NCBI GenBank assembly: GCA_963766685.1
Contig: CAVYBJ010000001.1
Location: 343 to 64,342 of the forward strand
DNA length: 64,000 nt
Direction of reading: 5' to 3'
Source: an uncultured Chloroflexia bacterium
GTDB lineage: Bacteria > Chloroflexota > Limnocylindria > Limnocylindrales > CSP1-4
Shown: piece by piece, positions 1 to 10,757 of the stretch
Position numbering within the stretch: the stretch's first letter is position 1
Layout of the letters: each line of letters opens with the position of its first letter
The notes under the pieces: generated by a model
The model's input: the letters and a program-made list of their open reading frames with translations, nothing else
What the model was told of the DNA's origin: nothing
The model's database searches: none
Program-made: the position numbers and the translations under genes

Positions 1-1266
1 CGGAGGTCCTGCTCGCACACGACATCCCCGTGCTCTTCGCGGCCGGAGCCATCCCCACCCAGATGACCTCCTACGAGGTCGTCGAGCGGGGTGCCGCCTG
101 CGCGGTCATGATCACCGCCTCGCACAACCCCTGGACGGACAACGGCTTCAAGATCAAGTCTCCGACGGGAGCTGCCGCCGACCCGCCCATCCTGGCTGCC
201 GTCGAGCATGTCATCGCGACCCGAGCCGCGGAGACCCCGCCGCGCCGCCCGTTCGATGACGCGGAGACGGCCGGTGTTCGTCGAACGCTTCGACCCATAC
301 ACGGGCTACGAGGCCTACGTACGCCGGACGCTGGACCTCGACCGGCTGCGTTCGCAGGACCTCCGTGTGCTGGTCGACCCGCTCTACGGGTCCGGCGCCG
401 GCTGGATCGGGCGCCTGCTGGCGGGCGGGCGCATCGTCGTCGACGAGATCCACAGCGAGCGCAACCCCTGGTTCGGGGGCGTCAACCCGGAGCCCATCCG
501 ACCGCATGTGGACGAGGCTCTCGCCCGCGTTCGCGAGGGCGGCTACGACCTGGGACTGCTGCTCGACGGCGACGCCGACCGCGCCGGTGCCGCGGATGAG
601 CGCGGGGAGTTCATCCACCAGCTGCAGTGCATGGGCCTGCTCATGTACTACATGCTCGAGCACCGCGGCGAGCGGGCGCCGGTCGTCTCCACGGTCAACG
701 AGACGTCGATGGCCTTCCGGCTCGGCGAGCGATACGGCGTGGCGGTCCACGAGACCCCGGTCGGCTTCAAGTTCGTGGGCCCGCGCATGATCGAGACCGG
801 GGCCATGATGGGCGGCGAGGAGTCGGGCGGCTACGGCTTCGGCATGCACCTCCCGGAGCGCGACGGCATCTACGCCGACCTTCTCCTGCTGGATCTCTTC
901 GTGCGCGAGCGCGAAGCCGGCCGCGCGCCCGTCTCGGCCGCCGTGGCGCACCTGCACGACATCGCCGGTCCCTCCTTCTACCTGCGGGAGGACGTGCATA
1001 CCGACCGTGCCTCGTACCCGGCGCTCAAGACGCGCCTGCTCGTCGAGCTGGGAGAGCACTCGCCGACCAGCCTGGGCGGGCGACCGGTGGCGCGCACGGC
1101 GCCGCTGGACACGGGAGACGGCTTCAAGTTCTGGGTCGACGACGGCTCCTGGCTGCTGGTCCGCTTCAGCGGCACGGAGCCGCTGGTTCGCGTCTACACG
1201 GAGGCCAGCAGCGCGGCCCTCCGCGATGCGCTCCTGGCCGAGGGCGGCCGCATGGTCCAGGGCTAG
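1..1266 (+). pseudogene. Phosphoglucomutase/phosphomannomutase-family phosphohexomutase; 5' end lies outside the window; one +1 frame break near 265-285
   Basis: Catalytic-Ser loop MITASHNPWTDNGFKIK is in the frame of ORF 30..599. The Mg loop LLLDGDADR, sugar loop GGEESGGYGF and phosphate loop RFSGTEPLVRVY are in ORF 208..1266 (next frame). Confidence 0.85.
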
Positions 1267-1281
1267 ACGGCCACGCTGACG

Positions 1282-2379
1282 ATGGACACCGCAGCGGTCG
1301 ACAGCGGCGGCATCCTCGACGACCTCCAAGCCATGCGCCGGGCCGATCCGGGCGGGATGCTCGGCCTCGTCGCCGAGCTCCCGGACCAGGTCGAGGAGGG
1401 CTGGCGCCTCTCGCGGGCCCTGAGCCTGCCCTGGGCCTCGCCTCGGGCGGTGGCCGTGCTGGGGATGGGCGGCTCGGCCATCAGCGGCGACCTCGTGCGC
1501 GGCATCTGGTCCGACCGCCTGACGGTGCCCCTGGAGGTGGTGCGCAGCGAGGAGTTGCCCGCCTGGGTGGGTCCGGACACCCTCGTCGTCGCCAGTTCCA
1601 AGAGTGGCGGCACGGAGGAGACCATCAGCGCGCTCTCCGTCGCCCTCGAGCGTCGCTGCCCGGTCGTGGTGCTGACCTCCGGCGGGCCGCTCAAGACCGT
1701 CGCGGAGCGGGCCGGCCTGCCGCTGGCGACGTTCCCGGCCCACGGGACCCCGCGCTCGTCGCTGGGCTACTCCCTGGGCCTGCTGGCCGGCCTCCTGGAA
1801 CGAGTCGGCGTCCTCGCGCTCGACGAGGCCGAGGTGCGGGCCGGCGCTGCCGCGGCTCGCGAGATGGCGGCCCGCTGCGCGCCAGAGGTGCCGACCGCGG
1901 ACAACCCCGCCAAGCAGCTCGCCTGGGCGCTCGTGGACCGCTACCCGGTCATCATCGGCGCCGGCTTCCTGGCGCCGGTGGCGCGCCGCTGGAAGACCCA
2001 GCTCAACGAGAACGGCAAGTCCACCGCCGCCTTCGAGGAGCTGCCGGAGGCGACGCACAACACCGTCGTGGGCCTGGAGCAGCCCGAGTCGCTGCGCGAC
2101 CACCTCTTCGTCGTGTTCCTGGCGGGCGATCTCGACCACCCTCGCAGCGTGATCAAGGCGCGGCTCATGGGCGACATCCTCCGGGCCGGCAAGATCTCCT
2201 GGCAGGCCGTGCCGGCGACTGGCGAGGGACGACTCGCCCAGTCGCTCTCGGCCGTCACGCTGGGTGACCACCTGAGCGTCTACGTGGCCTTCACCTATGC
2301 CATGGACCCCAGCCCGGTCGCCGTCATCGATCACATCAAGCAGCAGCTCGCCCAGGTCGACCAGGACGTCGCTTCGTAA
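1282..2379 (+). CDS. Bifunctional phosphoglucose/phosphomannose isomerase (SIS-domain, archaeal-type PGI/PMI)
   Basis: Uninterrupted 365-aa ORF 15 nt after the phosphohexomutase. SIS motifs VLGMGGSAISGDL and VVASSKSGGTEET, with the C-terminal half typical of this family. Confidence 0.75.
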   Translation: MDTAAVDSGGILDDLQAMRRADPGGMLGLVAELPDQVEEGWRLSRALSLPWASPRAVAVLGMGGSAISGDLVRGIWSDRLTVPLEVVRSEELPAWVGPDTLVVASSKSGGTEETISALSVALERRCPVVVLTSGGPLKTVAERAGLPLATFPAHGTPRSSLGYSLGLLAGLLERVGVLALDEAEVRAGAAAAREMAARCAPEVPTADNPAKQLAWALVDRYPVIIGAGFLAPVARRWKTQLNENGKSTAAFEELPEATHNTVVGLEQPESLRDHLFVVFLAGDLDHPRSVIKARLMGDILRAGKISWQAVPATGEGRLAQSLSAVTLGDHLSVYVAFTYAMDPSPVAVIDHIKQQLAQVDQDVAS

Positions 2380-2522
2380 CCCTTCCGGCCCTGTCGCTTC
2401 TTGGCGGACTCGCTAGTCTAGGAGGCCAGGGATCGGTGACCGGTCGCGGCGGCTGCCCTGGCCCCGCCCGGCACCATGCAGAGGCCACCGCGCGGACGAC
2501 GGCGGGCCGGAGGTGTGGATCG

Positions 2523-2810
2523 ATGCATTCCAGCGTCATCGGCAAGATCGAGAAGGCGCATCGCTACGCGCGTGAGCGCGACCGCATCACCGTCGAGCGC
2601 CTGGCGGTCACGTTCGCTGGCGACAACGATGCCCACCATGTCGTCCTCGAGGCCGATGCATGGCAGTGCAACTGCCACTACTTCGAGAGCTGGAAGACGT
2701 GCGCTCACATCCTGGCCCTGCAGGAGATCCTCGGCGTGATGCTGCCGGAGAAGGCACAGACGTCCCTCTTCCCTGCCACCGCCACGGCCGGGGAGGCCAG
2801 CGGCGAATAG
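2523..2810 (+). CDS. Small SWIM zinc-finger protein
   Basis: CxCx(n)CxH signature WQCNCHYFESWKTCAH. SD GGAGGTG (2509-2515) lies 7 nt before ATG 2523. The track start 2436 adds an Arg/Gly-rich stretch that is probably not translated. Confidence 0.6.
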   Translation: MHSSVIGKIEKAHRYARERDRITVERLAVTFAGDNDAHHVVLEADAWQCNCHYFESWKTCAHILALQEILGVMLPEKAQTSLFPATATAGEASGE

Positions 2811-2851
2811 CCGCTGGCCTCCGGTCACGCGGGTCCTGGTCGGACCCGCCG

Positions 2852-3752
2852 CTACCTGACGTCCAGGACGTAGAGGGTCCGCATCCAGCCGCGTTCGCGG
2901 TCGAACTCCACCTCCAGGTCCAGCAGCCAGCGGCCCGCTGCCGGCGGCTCCAGGCCCGCCAGGTCGACCACGTTCTGCAACGGCTCCTGGAGGGCCGCCC
3001 CGGTCCGGACGGTGACCCGCGAGGGGTCGTCGAGCGACGACAGCCGTCCCTTCCAGGAGACGAGGGCCGACCCATCGGCCGGGTGCGCCGCGAGCGGCTC
3101 GCCCGGACGGGCGGCGAGCACGGGCAGGTCCTCCACCGGGAGGCGGGTTGCCTACGTCCACGCAGAGGTAGGCGTAGCAGCCGCTGCCCGAGCGGCCGGA
3201 CGAGGATCCACCATGGGCGGTCACCACGATCTCCGGCGCCGGGATGTCGTAGAGGCCATCCTCTGGCGGTTCCTGGTCGGGTACATCCACGAGCCAGGCC
3301 AGTCGGCTGACGACCCCGGACGCGGTGGTCAGGTCGGCCACGATGAGGTACCTCCCGACCGCATCCGGGCCCTCGAAGGCCAGGTCGCCGTTCGAGAGCG
3401 GCTCCGGCGCCCGAGGCACGTCGATCGGCTGCGCCGTCACGACGAGGGCGCTGATGTCCTCGCCGCCCGCAGTCTCCAGCGCCAGTGGAGCGCGCCGAAC
3501 GACCGTCCCGAGCGGCTGACCACCCGGGGGAGCCGTCGCGGGTCCTTCGAACGTGCCTCCGGCGACGCGGCCGAACGGACCGCGCAGCCAGGCGACGGGT
3601 GCGGTGACCTCCGTCGGCGGCGAGACGGGCGTGGAGGCCTCCGCGATGGGGGAGGCCGCGGCCTCCTGGCCGCTGGCCCTGGCGCCGGGGACCAGGGCTT
3701 GAACGAGGAGGAGCGACACGACCACGCGCGTGAGGATCTGCTGCGCGGTCAC
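2852..3752 (-). pseudogene. Secreted hypothetical protein; one +1 frame break near 3140
   Basis: GTG 3752 overlaps the reconstructed stop of the upstream metalloprotease (GTGA). Signal-like VVVSLLLVQALVPGARA. The N-part is in ORF 2418..3752 up to CYAYLCVDVGN. The C-part (PVEDLPVLAARPGE...EFDRERGWMRTLYVLDVR) is in ORF 2852..3136. Confidence 0.5.
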
Positions 3753-5264
3753 CGCCCGACCCTCACCTTCACCACGGCCGACGTGCTGGTCCGCAGGCCT
3801 TCACCGGCGGGAGCCGGGAAGACGGCCTGGTACTCCCAGGTGGCCTGGGGAGCGATGGTCAGGCTGTAGCCACCGTTCACGCAGCGGCTCCATCCAGAGC
3901 GTGGTCCAGGCGTCGCTGGTGCCGGCACGGCGGTAGCGCAGCTTCACCGACCGGCCGTTGAGGGCATTGCCCGCCAGGCGACCCAGGGACGGGAGCGGTG
4001 CGGCCCGAAGGTCAGCCCGGAGCCGAACGGTGCTGCCAGGCAGGACCGAGGTGCTCGACGCACCGAGCGTCAGCTCCGTGGCCACGTCGTTGCAGCTGGA
4101 GACCAGCGTCGTGCTGCTGGGCAGGTCGTAGAGCTCCTGGAGCGTCGCCACGTCGCAGCGGCCGAAGGCGTGGCGAGTGCTGCCGGCGTTGGGCTTGGCC
4201 GGGGTGATGGCATGCATGACCGTCTCGTTGGCCTCCAGGTTGAAGCCCTCCCGCGAGGGATGGTCGAGCCCGTCGATGTGGCCGAGCTCATGGATGAGGA
4301 CGCGGCGGATGTCGAAGCAGCCGGAAGCGTCCTCCTTCTGACACCAGCGCAGCGTCCCCCAGCTGAAGTCCGTGCCGTGCGGACGCAGCCAGACCAGCCA
4401 CGAAACGGGCATGTTGCGGGAGGCGCAGGCGATGCCGTAGCGGCAGAAGTCCGGGAACGAGGGGGTGTAGCGCACCGTATCCGCGACCCCGCTCCGCAGC
4501 ACGAAGCGCGGGCTGCGCGAGAGGCTCGTGTCCGAGGCGTCAGCTGCCCCGCTCGTGATGGGCGTCTTGGCCCAGTCCGGCGGCACGGCACCGGCAAGCC
4601 AGGCGAACGCCAGGACCGTGTCCTTCGGCCAGGCCCCCGCCGGGAACGCGGGCACGGGCCGCGGGGCACCTGCCGGCACGAAGTCGGCCGGCGTCAGCTC
4701 GCCGTCGTTGGGCTGACAGGGCGTGTTGCACTGACCCTCGAACATGGCCACCGTGGCACCGCTGTCCGTCTCCAGGAGGAGGTCGCCCACGAACGCGCGC
4801 GTCCCGGGTTCATGGATGGCAAGCCGCAGCTCACCGGGATCGGCGACCGGATCGGTCTCGAACGCGAGGCCGTCCAGGGAGCGGTCCCACAGGCGGCAGG
4901 CGCGGTCGAGGTCCACCATGGTCACGGACGTGCTGTCAGGGGAGCGCTCACCGACGAGCAGTCGCGATCCCGTCACTGGCACAGAGAAGCCGTGGCGACC
5001 GGTGCGCAGGGTGACGTCCCTGCCTTGGCCGCGCAGGACCACCCGGTGTCCGGTGACGACACCGTCATCGTCAAGCACGGCCTGCCAGGGTGTCACCACC
5101 CCGGCGTCCATGGCGCGGGCCTCGTCTCCGGGCCCGCACGTCGGCAGCTCAGCCAACCCTGGTGGAGCTGCGTGGGTGGCTGCTGGCAGCAACGCCAGGA
5201 GCAGGGTGGTCGACAGCACGGCCCCGGCCGCGTGGCGATCTCGGGCATGGATGCGTCCTTCCAT
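3749..5264 (-). pseudogene. Secreted zinc metalloprotease, metzincin-type; +1 frame break near 3880-3890 affecting the last ~45 codons
   Basis: Signal-like LSTTLLLALLPAATHA and zinc site HELGHIDGLDH (HExxHxxGxxH). The tail NGGYSLTIAPQATWEYQAVFPAPAGEGL...VKVRVGR continues in the next frame. It ends at a TGA (3751-3749) overlapping the next gene start. Confidence 0.7.
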
Positions 5265-5419
5265 CTGGACCTTCCTCCGGCGGGCTGAGCCGGCGGTGGG
5301 GGCGGTAGGGCGCAGTCTCGGGAGCGTCGCTTACGCGCGACTTACGGCACTGGGGGATGCCAGCGGCGGCGCTGCGTGACGGGGCACAGCGGCTTCGCAC
5401 GGCACGCTAGACTCGGCTC

Positions 5420-5566
5420 GACAACATCACATAGCAAGAACCTGCGGCACGCGAAGCCGGTGAGATTCCGGCACAGTCCCGCTACGGTGATCAGCGCCAC
5501 GCGCTGCAAGTCCGGTCGCCGTGTCCAGGTTCGTGCACCAGCCCTTCGCGAGAAAGGGGACCGCAC
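5420..5566 (+). promoter_or_regulatory. Cobalamin (B12) riboswitch leader of the btuFCD-like operon
   Basis: GAAGCCGGTGAGATTCCGGCACAGTCCCGCTACGGTGA (5453-5490) matches the conserved cobalamin-riboswitch core as I remember it. It is followed by a B12-box-like GCAAGTCCGGTCGCC (5506-5520). CCCTT (5542-5546) can pair with AAGGG (5554-5558), masking the SD before ATG 5567. The downstream genes are a B12/siderophore-type ABC importer. Confidence 0.85.
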
Positions 5567-6568
5567 ATGGACGTTCGCATCATCGATGGAGCCCTCGGCG
5601 CGCGCACCGACCGAGGGCTTTCCCGTGTCCTCGGCCTCGGCCTGGCTCTCAGCCTCGGCCTGGCCGCGCTGCCAGGGCTGGCCGCTGCCGCGGACGCGGC
5701 ATTCCCCGTGACCGTCTCGGACGACGAGGGCACACAGGTCACCCTGGAGGCTCCACCGGAGCGCATCATCAGCCTCTCCCCGGCCAACACGGAGATCGTC
5801 TTCGCGCTCGGCGCGGGCGACCGCCTGGTGGGCGGGACGTCCTTCGACGACTACCCCGCGGAAGCTGTCGACCTGCCCGACGTGGCCACCTACCAGGGCG
5901 TCGTCACCGAGCAGGTCGTGGGTCTCGAGCCGGACCTGGTGCTGGCGGCAGGCAACTACTTCACGCCGCCGGATGACGTGGCTCGCCTGCGCGAGCTGGG
6001 CTACCCGGTCATCGTCGTGTATGCCCCGGATGTGCCTGCCGTGCTGGCCGACATCGAGCTCATCGGAAGCGCCATCGGCGCCGCCGACGAGGCCGCCGCC
6101 ATGACCGCGGAGATGTCCGCTCAGCTCGATGCGGTCGCGGCCGCGGCCGCCAAGACAGGCAGCACGCCGCGCACCTTCTACCAGATCGGCTCGGAGCCGG
6201 AGATCTACGCGCCGGCGCCCGATTCGTTCGTGGCCGACATGGTGGTCCTGGCGGGCGGCGAGCCCATCACCACCAGCGATCCGGCCGTCTTCTCCATCCC
6301 GCTCGAGGACCTCGTGGCGGCCGACCCGGAGGTCATCGTGGTGGGCGACGCCAACTACGGCGTCTGCCCGGCGGACGTGGCCGCCCGACCCGGTTGGGGC
6401 GACATGACGGCCGTCGTCAACGGCGACATCCGGCCTGTCGATGACGTGCCCGTGACCCGGCCCGGGCCCCGGCTGCCCCAGGGCCTGGCCTCGCTGGCGC
6501 GCGCCATCCATCCCGAGCTCGAGCTGCCCGATGCCCCGCCCGACCCGGTGCTCTGCGGGGCCGGCTGA
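5567..6568 (+). CDS. btuF: ABC transporter periplasmic substrate-binding protein, BtuF/FecB class (cobalamin/iron-complex type)
   Basis: Signal peptide LGLGLALSLGLAALPGLAAAADA. Class III SBP pattern ERIISLSPANTEIVFALGAGDRLVG and PDLVLAAG. The B12 riboswitch lies directly upstream. Confidence 0.75.
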   Translation: MDVRIIDGALGARTDRGLSRVLGLGLALSLGLAALPGLAAAADAAFPVTVSDDEGTQVTLEAPPERIISLSPANTEIVFALGAGDRLVGGTSFDDYPAEAVDLPDVATYQGVVTEQVVGLEPDLVLAAGNYFTPPDDVARLRELGYPVIVVYAPDVPAVLADIELIGSAIGAADEAAAMTAEMSAQLDAVAAAAAKTGSTPRTFYQIGSEPEIYAPAPDSFVADMVVLAGGEPITTSDPAVFSIPLEDLVAADPEVIVVGDANYGVCPADVAARPGWGDMTAVVNGDIRPVDDVPVTRPGPRLPQGLASLARAIHPELELPDAPPDPVLCGAG

Positions 6569-6571
6569 CCC

Positions 6572-7654
6572 ATGACCGCCCCGGACCTGGCACGCGGCCA
6601 GGTCGCCGCCCGCCCGACCCGGCTCGCCGGGCTACGCCGCCGCCCGGTCGTGCTGGGCGTGGCCGGCCTGCTCGTGCTGGCGGTCGCGGTCGTGGCGGGC
6701 ATCGCGCTGGGGACCGTCTCGGTCTCGCCGGCTGACACCGTCGCCATCCTGGCCCGCGACCTGCTGGGCTGGCCCGTCCCGGAGACCTGGTCCAAGTCGA
6801 CCGAGACCATCGTCATGGAGCTGCGGCTGCCGCGGGTCCTGACGGCGCTGATCGTCGGCCTCGGCCTGGCCGTGGCCGGGGTCACGTTCCAGGGCCTGCT
6901 TCGCAACCCGCTGGCCGATCCCTACGTGCTGGGCACGGCCAGCGGCGCCGCGCTCGGTGCCGCCATCGGCGTGCTCATCCCCGTGCAGGTGGCCGTGCTG
7001 GGCCTCGGCCTCGTCAACATCCTGGCCTTCGTGGGCGCCCTGGCAGCCGTGCTCATCGTCCACCAGGTGGCCGGCGGGGGCGGACGCGCCACGCTCACGA
7101 CGCTGCTGCTGACGGGCTATGCGGTGGGGTCCATGCTGGCGGCCGGCCTGGCCATGTCCATGTATCTCGCCGGCTCACAGCTGCGCCAGATCTTCTTCTA
7201 CCTGCTCGGCAGCCTCAGCGGCGCGGACTGGCAGAGCCTCGTCGTGGGCCTGCCGGTCATCCTCATCGGGACCGTGCTCATCATGGCCCGGGCGCGCTCG
7301 CTCAACGGCCTGCTCCTCGGCGACGACACGGCCCAGCACCTGGGCGTGGACGTTCGCCGCGAGCGGGCCATCCTGCTCGGGCTGGCCTCGCTGGTCACGG
7401 CCGCCGCGGTGGCCCTGGCGGGGCTCATCGGCTTCGTGGGCCTCGTCGTGCCCCACGTCGTGCGCCTGCTCGTGGGTCCCAATGCGCGACTGGTGCTGCC
7501 GCTCTCGGCCATCTTCGGTGGGGCCTTCCTCATCCTGGCGGACCTCGGCGCGCGCATCCAGGGCGAGCTGCCGGTGGGCATCGTGACGGCCGTCATCGGC
7601 GCGCCCGTCTTCGTCATCCTGCTGCGTCGCTACCGGGCCGGGTACCAGCTATGA
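6572..7654 (+). CDS. btuC: FecCD/BtuC-family ABC permease
   Basis: 360-aa polytopic membrane ORF with FecCD hallmarks (LRNPLADPYVLGTASGAALGA; GELPVGIVTAVIGAPVFVILL), 3 nt after the SBP gene. Confidence 0.85.
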   Translation: MTAPDLARGQVAARPTRLAGLRRRPVVLGVAGLLVLAVAVVAGIALGTVSVSPADTVAILARDLLGWPVPETWSKSTETIVMELRLPRVLTALIVGLGLAVAGVTFQGLLRNPLADPYVLGTASGAALGAAIGVLIPVQVAVLGLGLVNILAFVGALAAVLIVHQVAGGGGRATLTTLLLTGYAVGSMLAAGLAMSMYLAGSQLRQIFFYLLGSLSGADWQSLVVGLPVILIGTVLIMARARSLNGLLLGDDTAQHLGVDVRRERAILLGLASLVTAAAVALAGLIGFVGLVVPHVVRLLVGPNARLVLPLSAIFGGAFLILADLGARIQGELPVGIVTAVIGAPVFVILLRRYRAGYQL

Positions 7655-8406
7655 GCCTGCCCGGCGTCAGCGTGGACATCCGCGGACTCGACCTGCGCTA
7701 CGGCTCGCGGGCCGTGCTCGCCGATGTCAGCCTGCACCTGGATCCCGGCGAGGCCGTCTGCCTCGTGGGGCCCAACGGCGCCGGCAAGTCCAGTCTGCTG
7801 CGCTGCCTGACGGGCATCGTGACGCCGACCTCCGGCAGCGTGGCCATCGACGGCGTGGCCCTGCGCGAGATCGGCCGGGCGGCGCTGGCACGCACCATCT
7901 CCGTCGTCCCGAGCGGGGTCGAGCTGCCCTTCGCCATGCGCGTCGAGGAGGTCGTTCGCCTGGGCCGCATCCCGCACGAGAACCCCTTCACGGGCGCCAG
8001 CTCGTTCGACCACGTGGCTGCTGACGCGGCCATGACGCGGGTGGGCATCGAACACCTGCGAGGACGCGACGTGCGGGAGCTCTCCATGGGCGAGCGCCAG
8101 CTGGTGCTGGTGGCCATGGCGGTGGCGCAGGGCGGCCGGCTCATCGTCCTGGACGAGCCCACCGTCCACCTGGACCTGCGACACCAGGTGGAGGTGTTGT
8201 CCTTGATGTCCCGCCTCTCCGAGGATGGCCTGACGGTGCTGGCGGTGCTACACGACCTGAGCCTGGCCACCCAGTTCTTCCCGCGCCTGGCGCTGCTGGA
8301 CGGCGGCCGGCTCGTGGCCGACGGAACGCCCCGCTCGGTCCTCACGCCGGAGCGCATCCGGGAGGTCTACGCGGTCGACCCGCGCTACGTGCCGGCCCTC
8401 GCCTGA
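7651..8406 (+). CDS. btuD: ABC transporter ATP-binding protein (BtuD/FecE type)
   Basis: Walker A GPNGAGKSSLL, signature-like LSMGERQ, Walker B LIVLDEPTVHLD. ATGA overlap with the permease gene. Confidence 0.9.
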   Translation: MSLPGVSVDIRGLDLRYGSRAVLADVSLHLDPGEAVCLVGPNGAGKSSLLRCLTGIVTPTSGSVAIDGVALREIGRAALARTISVVPSGVELPFAMRVEEVVRLGRIPHENPFTGASSFDHVAADAAMTRVGIEHLRGRDVRELSMGERQLVLVAMAVAQGGRLIVLDEPTVHLDLRHQVEVLSLMSRLSEDGLTVLAVLHDLSLATQFFPRLALLDGGRLVADGTPRSVLTPERIREVYAVDPRYVPALA

Positions 8407-9394
8407 GGTGGGGCGTCACGATCGCCTGTCATCTGCCAGTCCCAGGCACCGATGCGCTCCAGGAGGCGCCGGGCGGTGAGGTCCAGGTGGATCGGCGTGA
8501 TGGCCACCTTGCCGGCAAAGACGGCATGGAAGTCGGTGCCCGGCTCGGCCACGCCGCTGGGAGGCGGACCGCCGAACCAGTAGTAGGGCACCCCGCGCGG
8601 GTCGAGACGCTCCAGGAGCTGGTCCTGGTAGACGCGCTTGCCCATCCGCGTCAACTCGATGCCGGCCACAGCCTCGCGCTCCGACCGCAGGCACGTTGAC
8701 GTTCAGCAGCTCGCCGGCGCCGAGGCCGTGCTCGAGGATGTTGCGCGCGACCAGCGCCGCCACCTGGCGCGCCAGCGTGAAGTCGGGCTCGCCGTCGAGC
8801 ACCTGGCTGATGGCGAAGGCCGGGACAGCCGGAGAGGACGGCCTCCATGGCCGCGCCCACCGTGCCGGAGTAGGTCACGTCGTCGCCCAGGTTGGCGCCG
8901 TAGTTGATGCCCGAGGCGACCAGGTCGAAGCCGATGCCGAAGTAGCCCAGGAAGGCGAGGCCGACCGCGTCCGTCGGCGAGCCATCCACCGACCAGCCGC
9001 CCGAGCCGTCATCGAGCGTGCGCTCGCGCACGCGCAGTGGGCGCATGAAGGTCATCGAGTGGCCCACGGCCGACTGGTTCGTCTCCGGCGCCAGGACGTA
9101 GACGTCGCCGATGGGCTCAAGGGCCTGCTTGAGCATGAGCAGCCCGCGCGACTCGATGCCGTCGTCGTTGGTGACCAGGATGCGTGGTCGCGTCTGCCAC
9201 TCGGCCAACGGCCGGGCCGTGCGTGGCGTGGCGCGGGCGGACGTGCGGTTCGAGGCCAGGTACCGCTCGCCCGATGCCAGTCGGGCGGGGTCGGCCAGGC
9301 TGCCGGTCAGTGCATCGGCAGCTGGTCTGCCGGCGGGCCGCGCCGCGGGCGGGCGTGGACGCTGGTCGGCCGGTCGCTCCTCGTCGTCGCTCAC
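8385..9394 (-). pseudogene. surE: 5'/3'-nucleotidase SurE; two +1 frame breaks (~8825 and ~8685)
   Basis: ILVTNDDGIESRGL, APETNQSAVGHSMT, SVDGSPTDAV and GINYGANLGDDVTYSGTVGAAMEA are in ORF 8651..9394. LDGEPDFTLARQ...LLNVNVPA is in ORF 8416..8802. GVPYYWFGG...ITPIHLDLT is in ORF 8385..8669. The first ~65 codons are low-complexity, so the true start may be later. Confidence 0.8.
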
Positions 9395-10695
9395 GGCGTC
9401 TCGGCCTCCGGCACCCTGGGATCTGGAGCGCTTCCCTGGACACCCGGGTCACCCTGGAGAGCCGAGCCGACCGGGACACCGGGGCCACCCGCGACCGCGG
9501 TAGCAGGTGCCGTGGCCAGCGAGGCCCCGCCCGGGGCGGTCACCGGGGGCGGGGCGGGCACGCGCACGGGCCGCCCCTGCCGGGCCTCCAGGCGCCTGGC
9601 GGCGCGACTGGTGACGTCCCGCGGCCCGCCCTTCGATCGATTGAGGTAGTGGAAGAAGAAGGCCGAGATGACGGCTGCCACGGGGATGGCGAAGATGGCG
9701 CCCACGACGCCCTGGAGGCGCAGGCCGATGAGCACGGAGACCAGCACCACGATGGGGTGGATGCCCACGCTGCTGGCCATGACGCGCGGCTGCACGATGT
9801 TCATGGTCACGAACCAGCCCACGGCCATGACGATGATGATGGGGATGATGGCGTCGGGCTGGGTGAGGATGGCGGCCACCACAGGCGGCGCCCACGATAC
9901 GAAGGGACCGAAGAACGGGATCATCTGGAAGATGGCCACGAGGGCCGTCGTGAGGGGCACGAAGTCGATGCCCAGGGCGATGCTGCCGGCGGCCGCAACG
10001 GCGCCGTAGACGAGGCCCTGGACGCCCTGGCCGCGGATGAAGCCGCCGAAGGAGGAGGCCACGCTCGTCTGGAAGAGGCGCATCTCCTCGGCGAACCGGG
10101 GCGGCGTGACCTGGTTGACGAAGCCCAGCAGGCGGTCCTTGTCGATGACGATGAAGAGCGACAGGAAGATCATGAACATGAGGTTGCCCAGCGTGTTGAG
10201 GCTGGCCAGGGCCAGCTCCTGGAGCGGCCCCAGGAACTGGCCGGACGACTCGGCCACTCCGTCAAGGGCGTCGTTGGCCACGAGCACGAGGTCCACTTGC
10301 AGGCCCAGGGCATCCACCCGCTGCTGCCACTCGCCGAGGATCTCCGGCATCCGCTCGCGCAGGGTGGGCAGCTCCTCGGTGAAGCTGACGATGGAGTCGG
10401 CCAGCTGGCTGGCGATGACGAGCACGATGGCGCTGAGGGCCACGAAGAGCAGGGCGTAGACGGTGACCACGACCAGCGAGCGCGGAGCCACCGGGAGGAA
10501 GCGCTTGATGGCCGTCACGACCGGGGAGAGCACGAAGGCGAACACCCAGGCCATCACGAGGATGAGGATGATGTCGCTGAAGTAGAGGACGACGTTGGCC
10601 GCCAGGCCGATGAAGACGAGGGCCACCGTGAGCGTGGCCAGGATGAGCAGGGCGCGGATCCAGCGCCCCTCGGACTCGATGAACCGGCCCATCAT
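9391..10695 (-). CDS. AI-2E family transporter (PerM/UPF0118)
   Basis: 434-aa polytopic ORF with the family pattern FGGFIRGQ...FQMIPFFGPFVSWAPP...SVGIHPIVVLVSVL. A Pro/Ala-rich cytoplasmic tail follows. 4-nt overlap with surE. Confidence 0.8.
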   Translation of the reverse strand: MMGRFIESEGRWIRALLILATLTVALVFIGLAANVVLYFSDIILILVMAWVFAFVLSPVVTAIKRFLPVAPRSLVVVTVYALLFVALSAIVLVIASQLADSIVSFTEELPTLRERMPEILGEWQQRVDALGLQVDLVLVANDALDGVAESSGQFLGPLQELALASLNTLGNLMFMIFLSLFIVIDKDRLLGFVNQVTPPRFAEEMRLFQTSVASSFGGFIRGQGVQGLVYGAVAAAGSIALGIDFVPLTTALVAIFQMIPFFGPFVSWAPPVVAAILTQPDAIIPIIIVMAVGWFVTMNIVQPRVMASSVGIHPIVVLVSVLIGLRLQGVVGAIFAIPVAAVISAFFFHYLNRSKGGPRDVTSRAARRLEARQGRPVRVPAPPPVTAPGGASLATAPATAVAGGPGVPVGSALQGDPGVQGSAPDPRVPEAETP

Positions 10696-10757
10696 GGCCG
10701 CAGTCTACCCCGCCCTCTGGCGCGCGCCAGGCCCCCTGCCGGCGCAGCGGCGGCCGC

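Noticed and set aside
211-2334. 707-aa minus-strand ORF covering the mutase and isomerase genes
   Set aside because: It is antisense to two genes with clear catalytic motifs. Its translation is Arg/Gly/Ala/Pro-rich with no motif. It is a typical stop-poor shadow frame of GC-rich DNA. The same applies to 9184..10890(+), 10705..12411(-), 15105..16865(-), 18267..20624(-), 20740..22266(-), 31198..33942(-), 34225..35967(-), 39374..40522(-) and 54033..55688(+).
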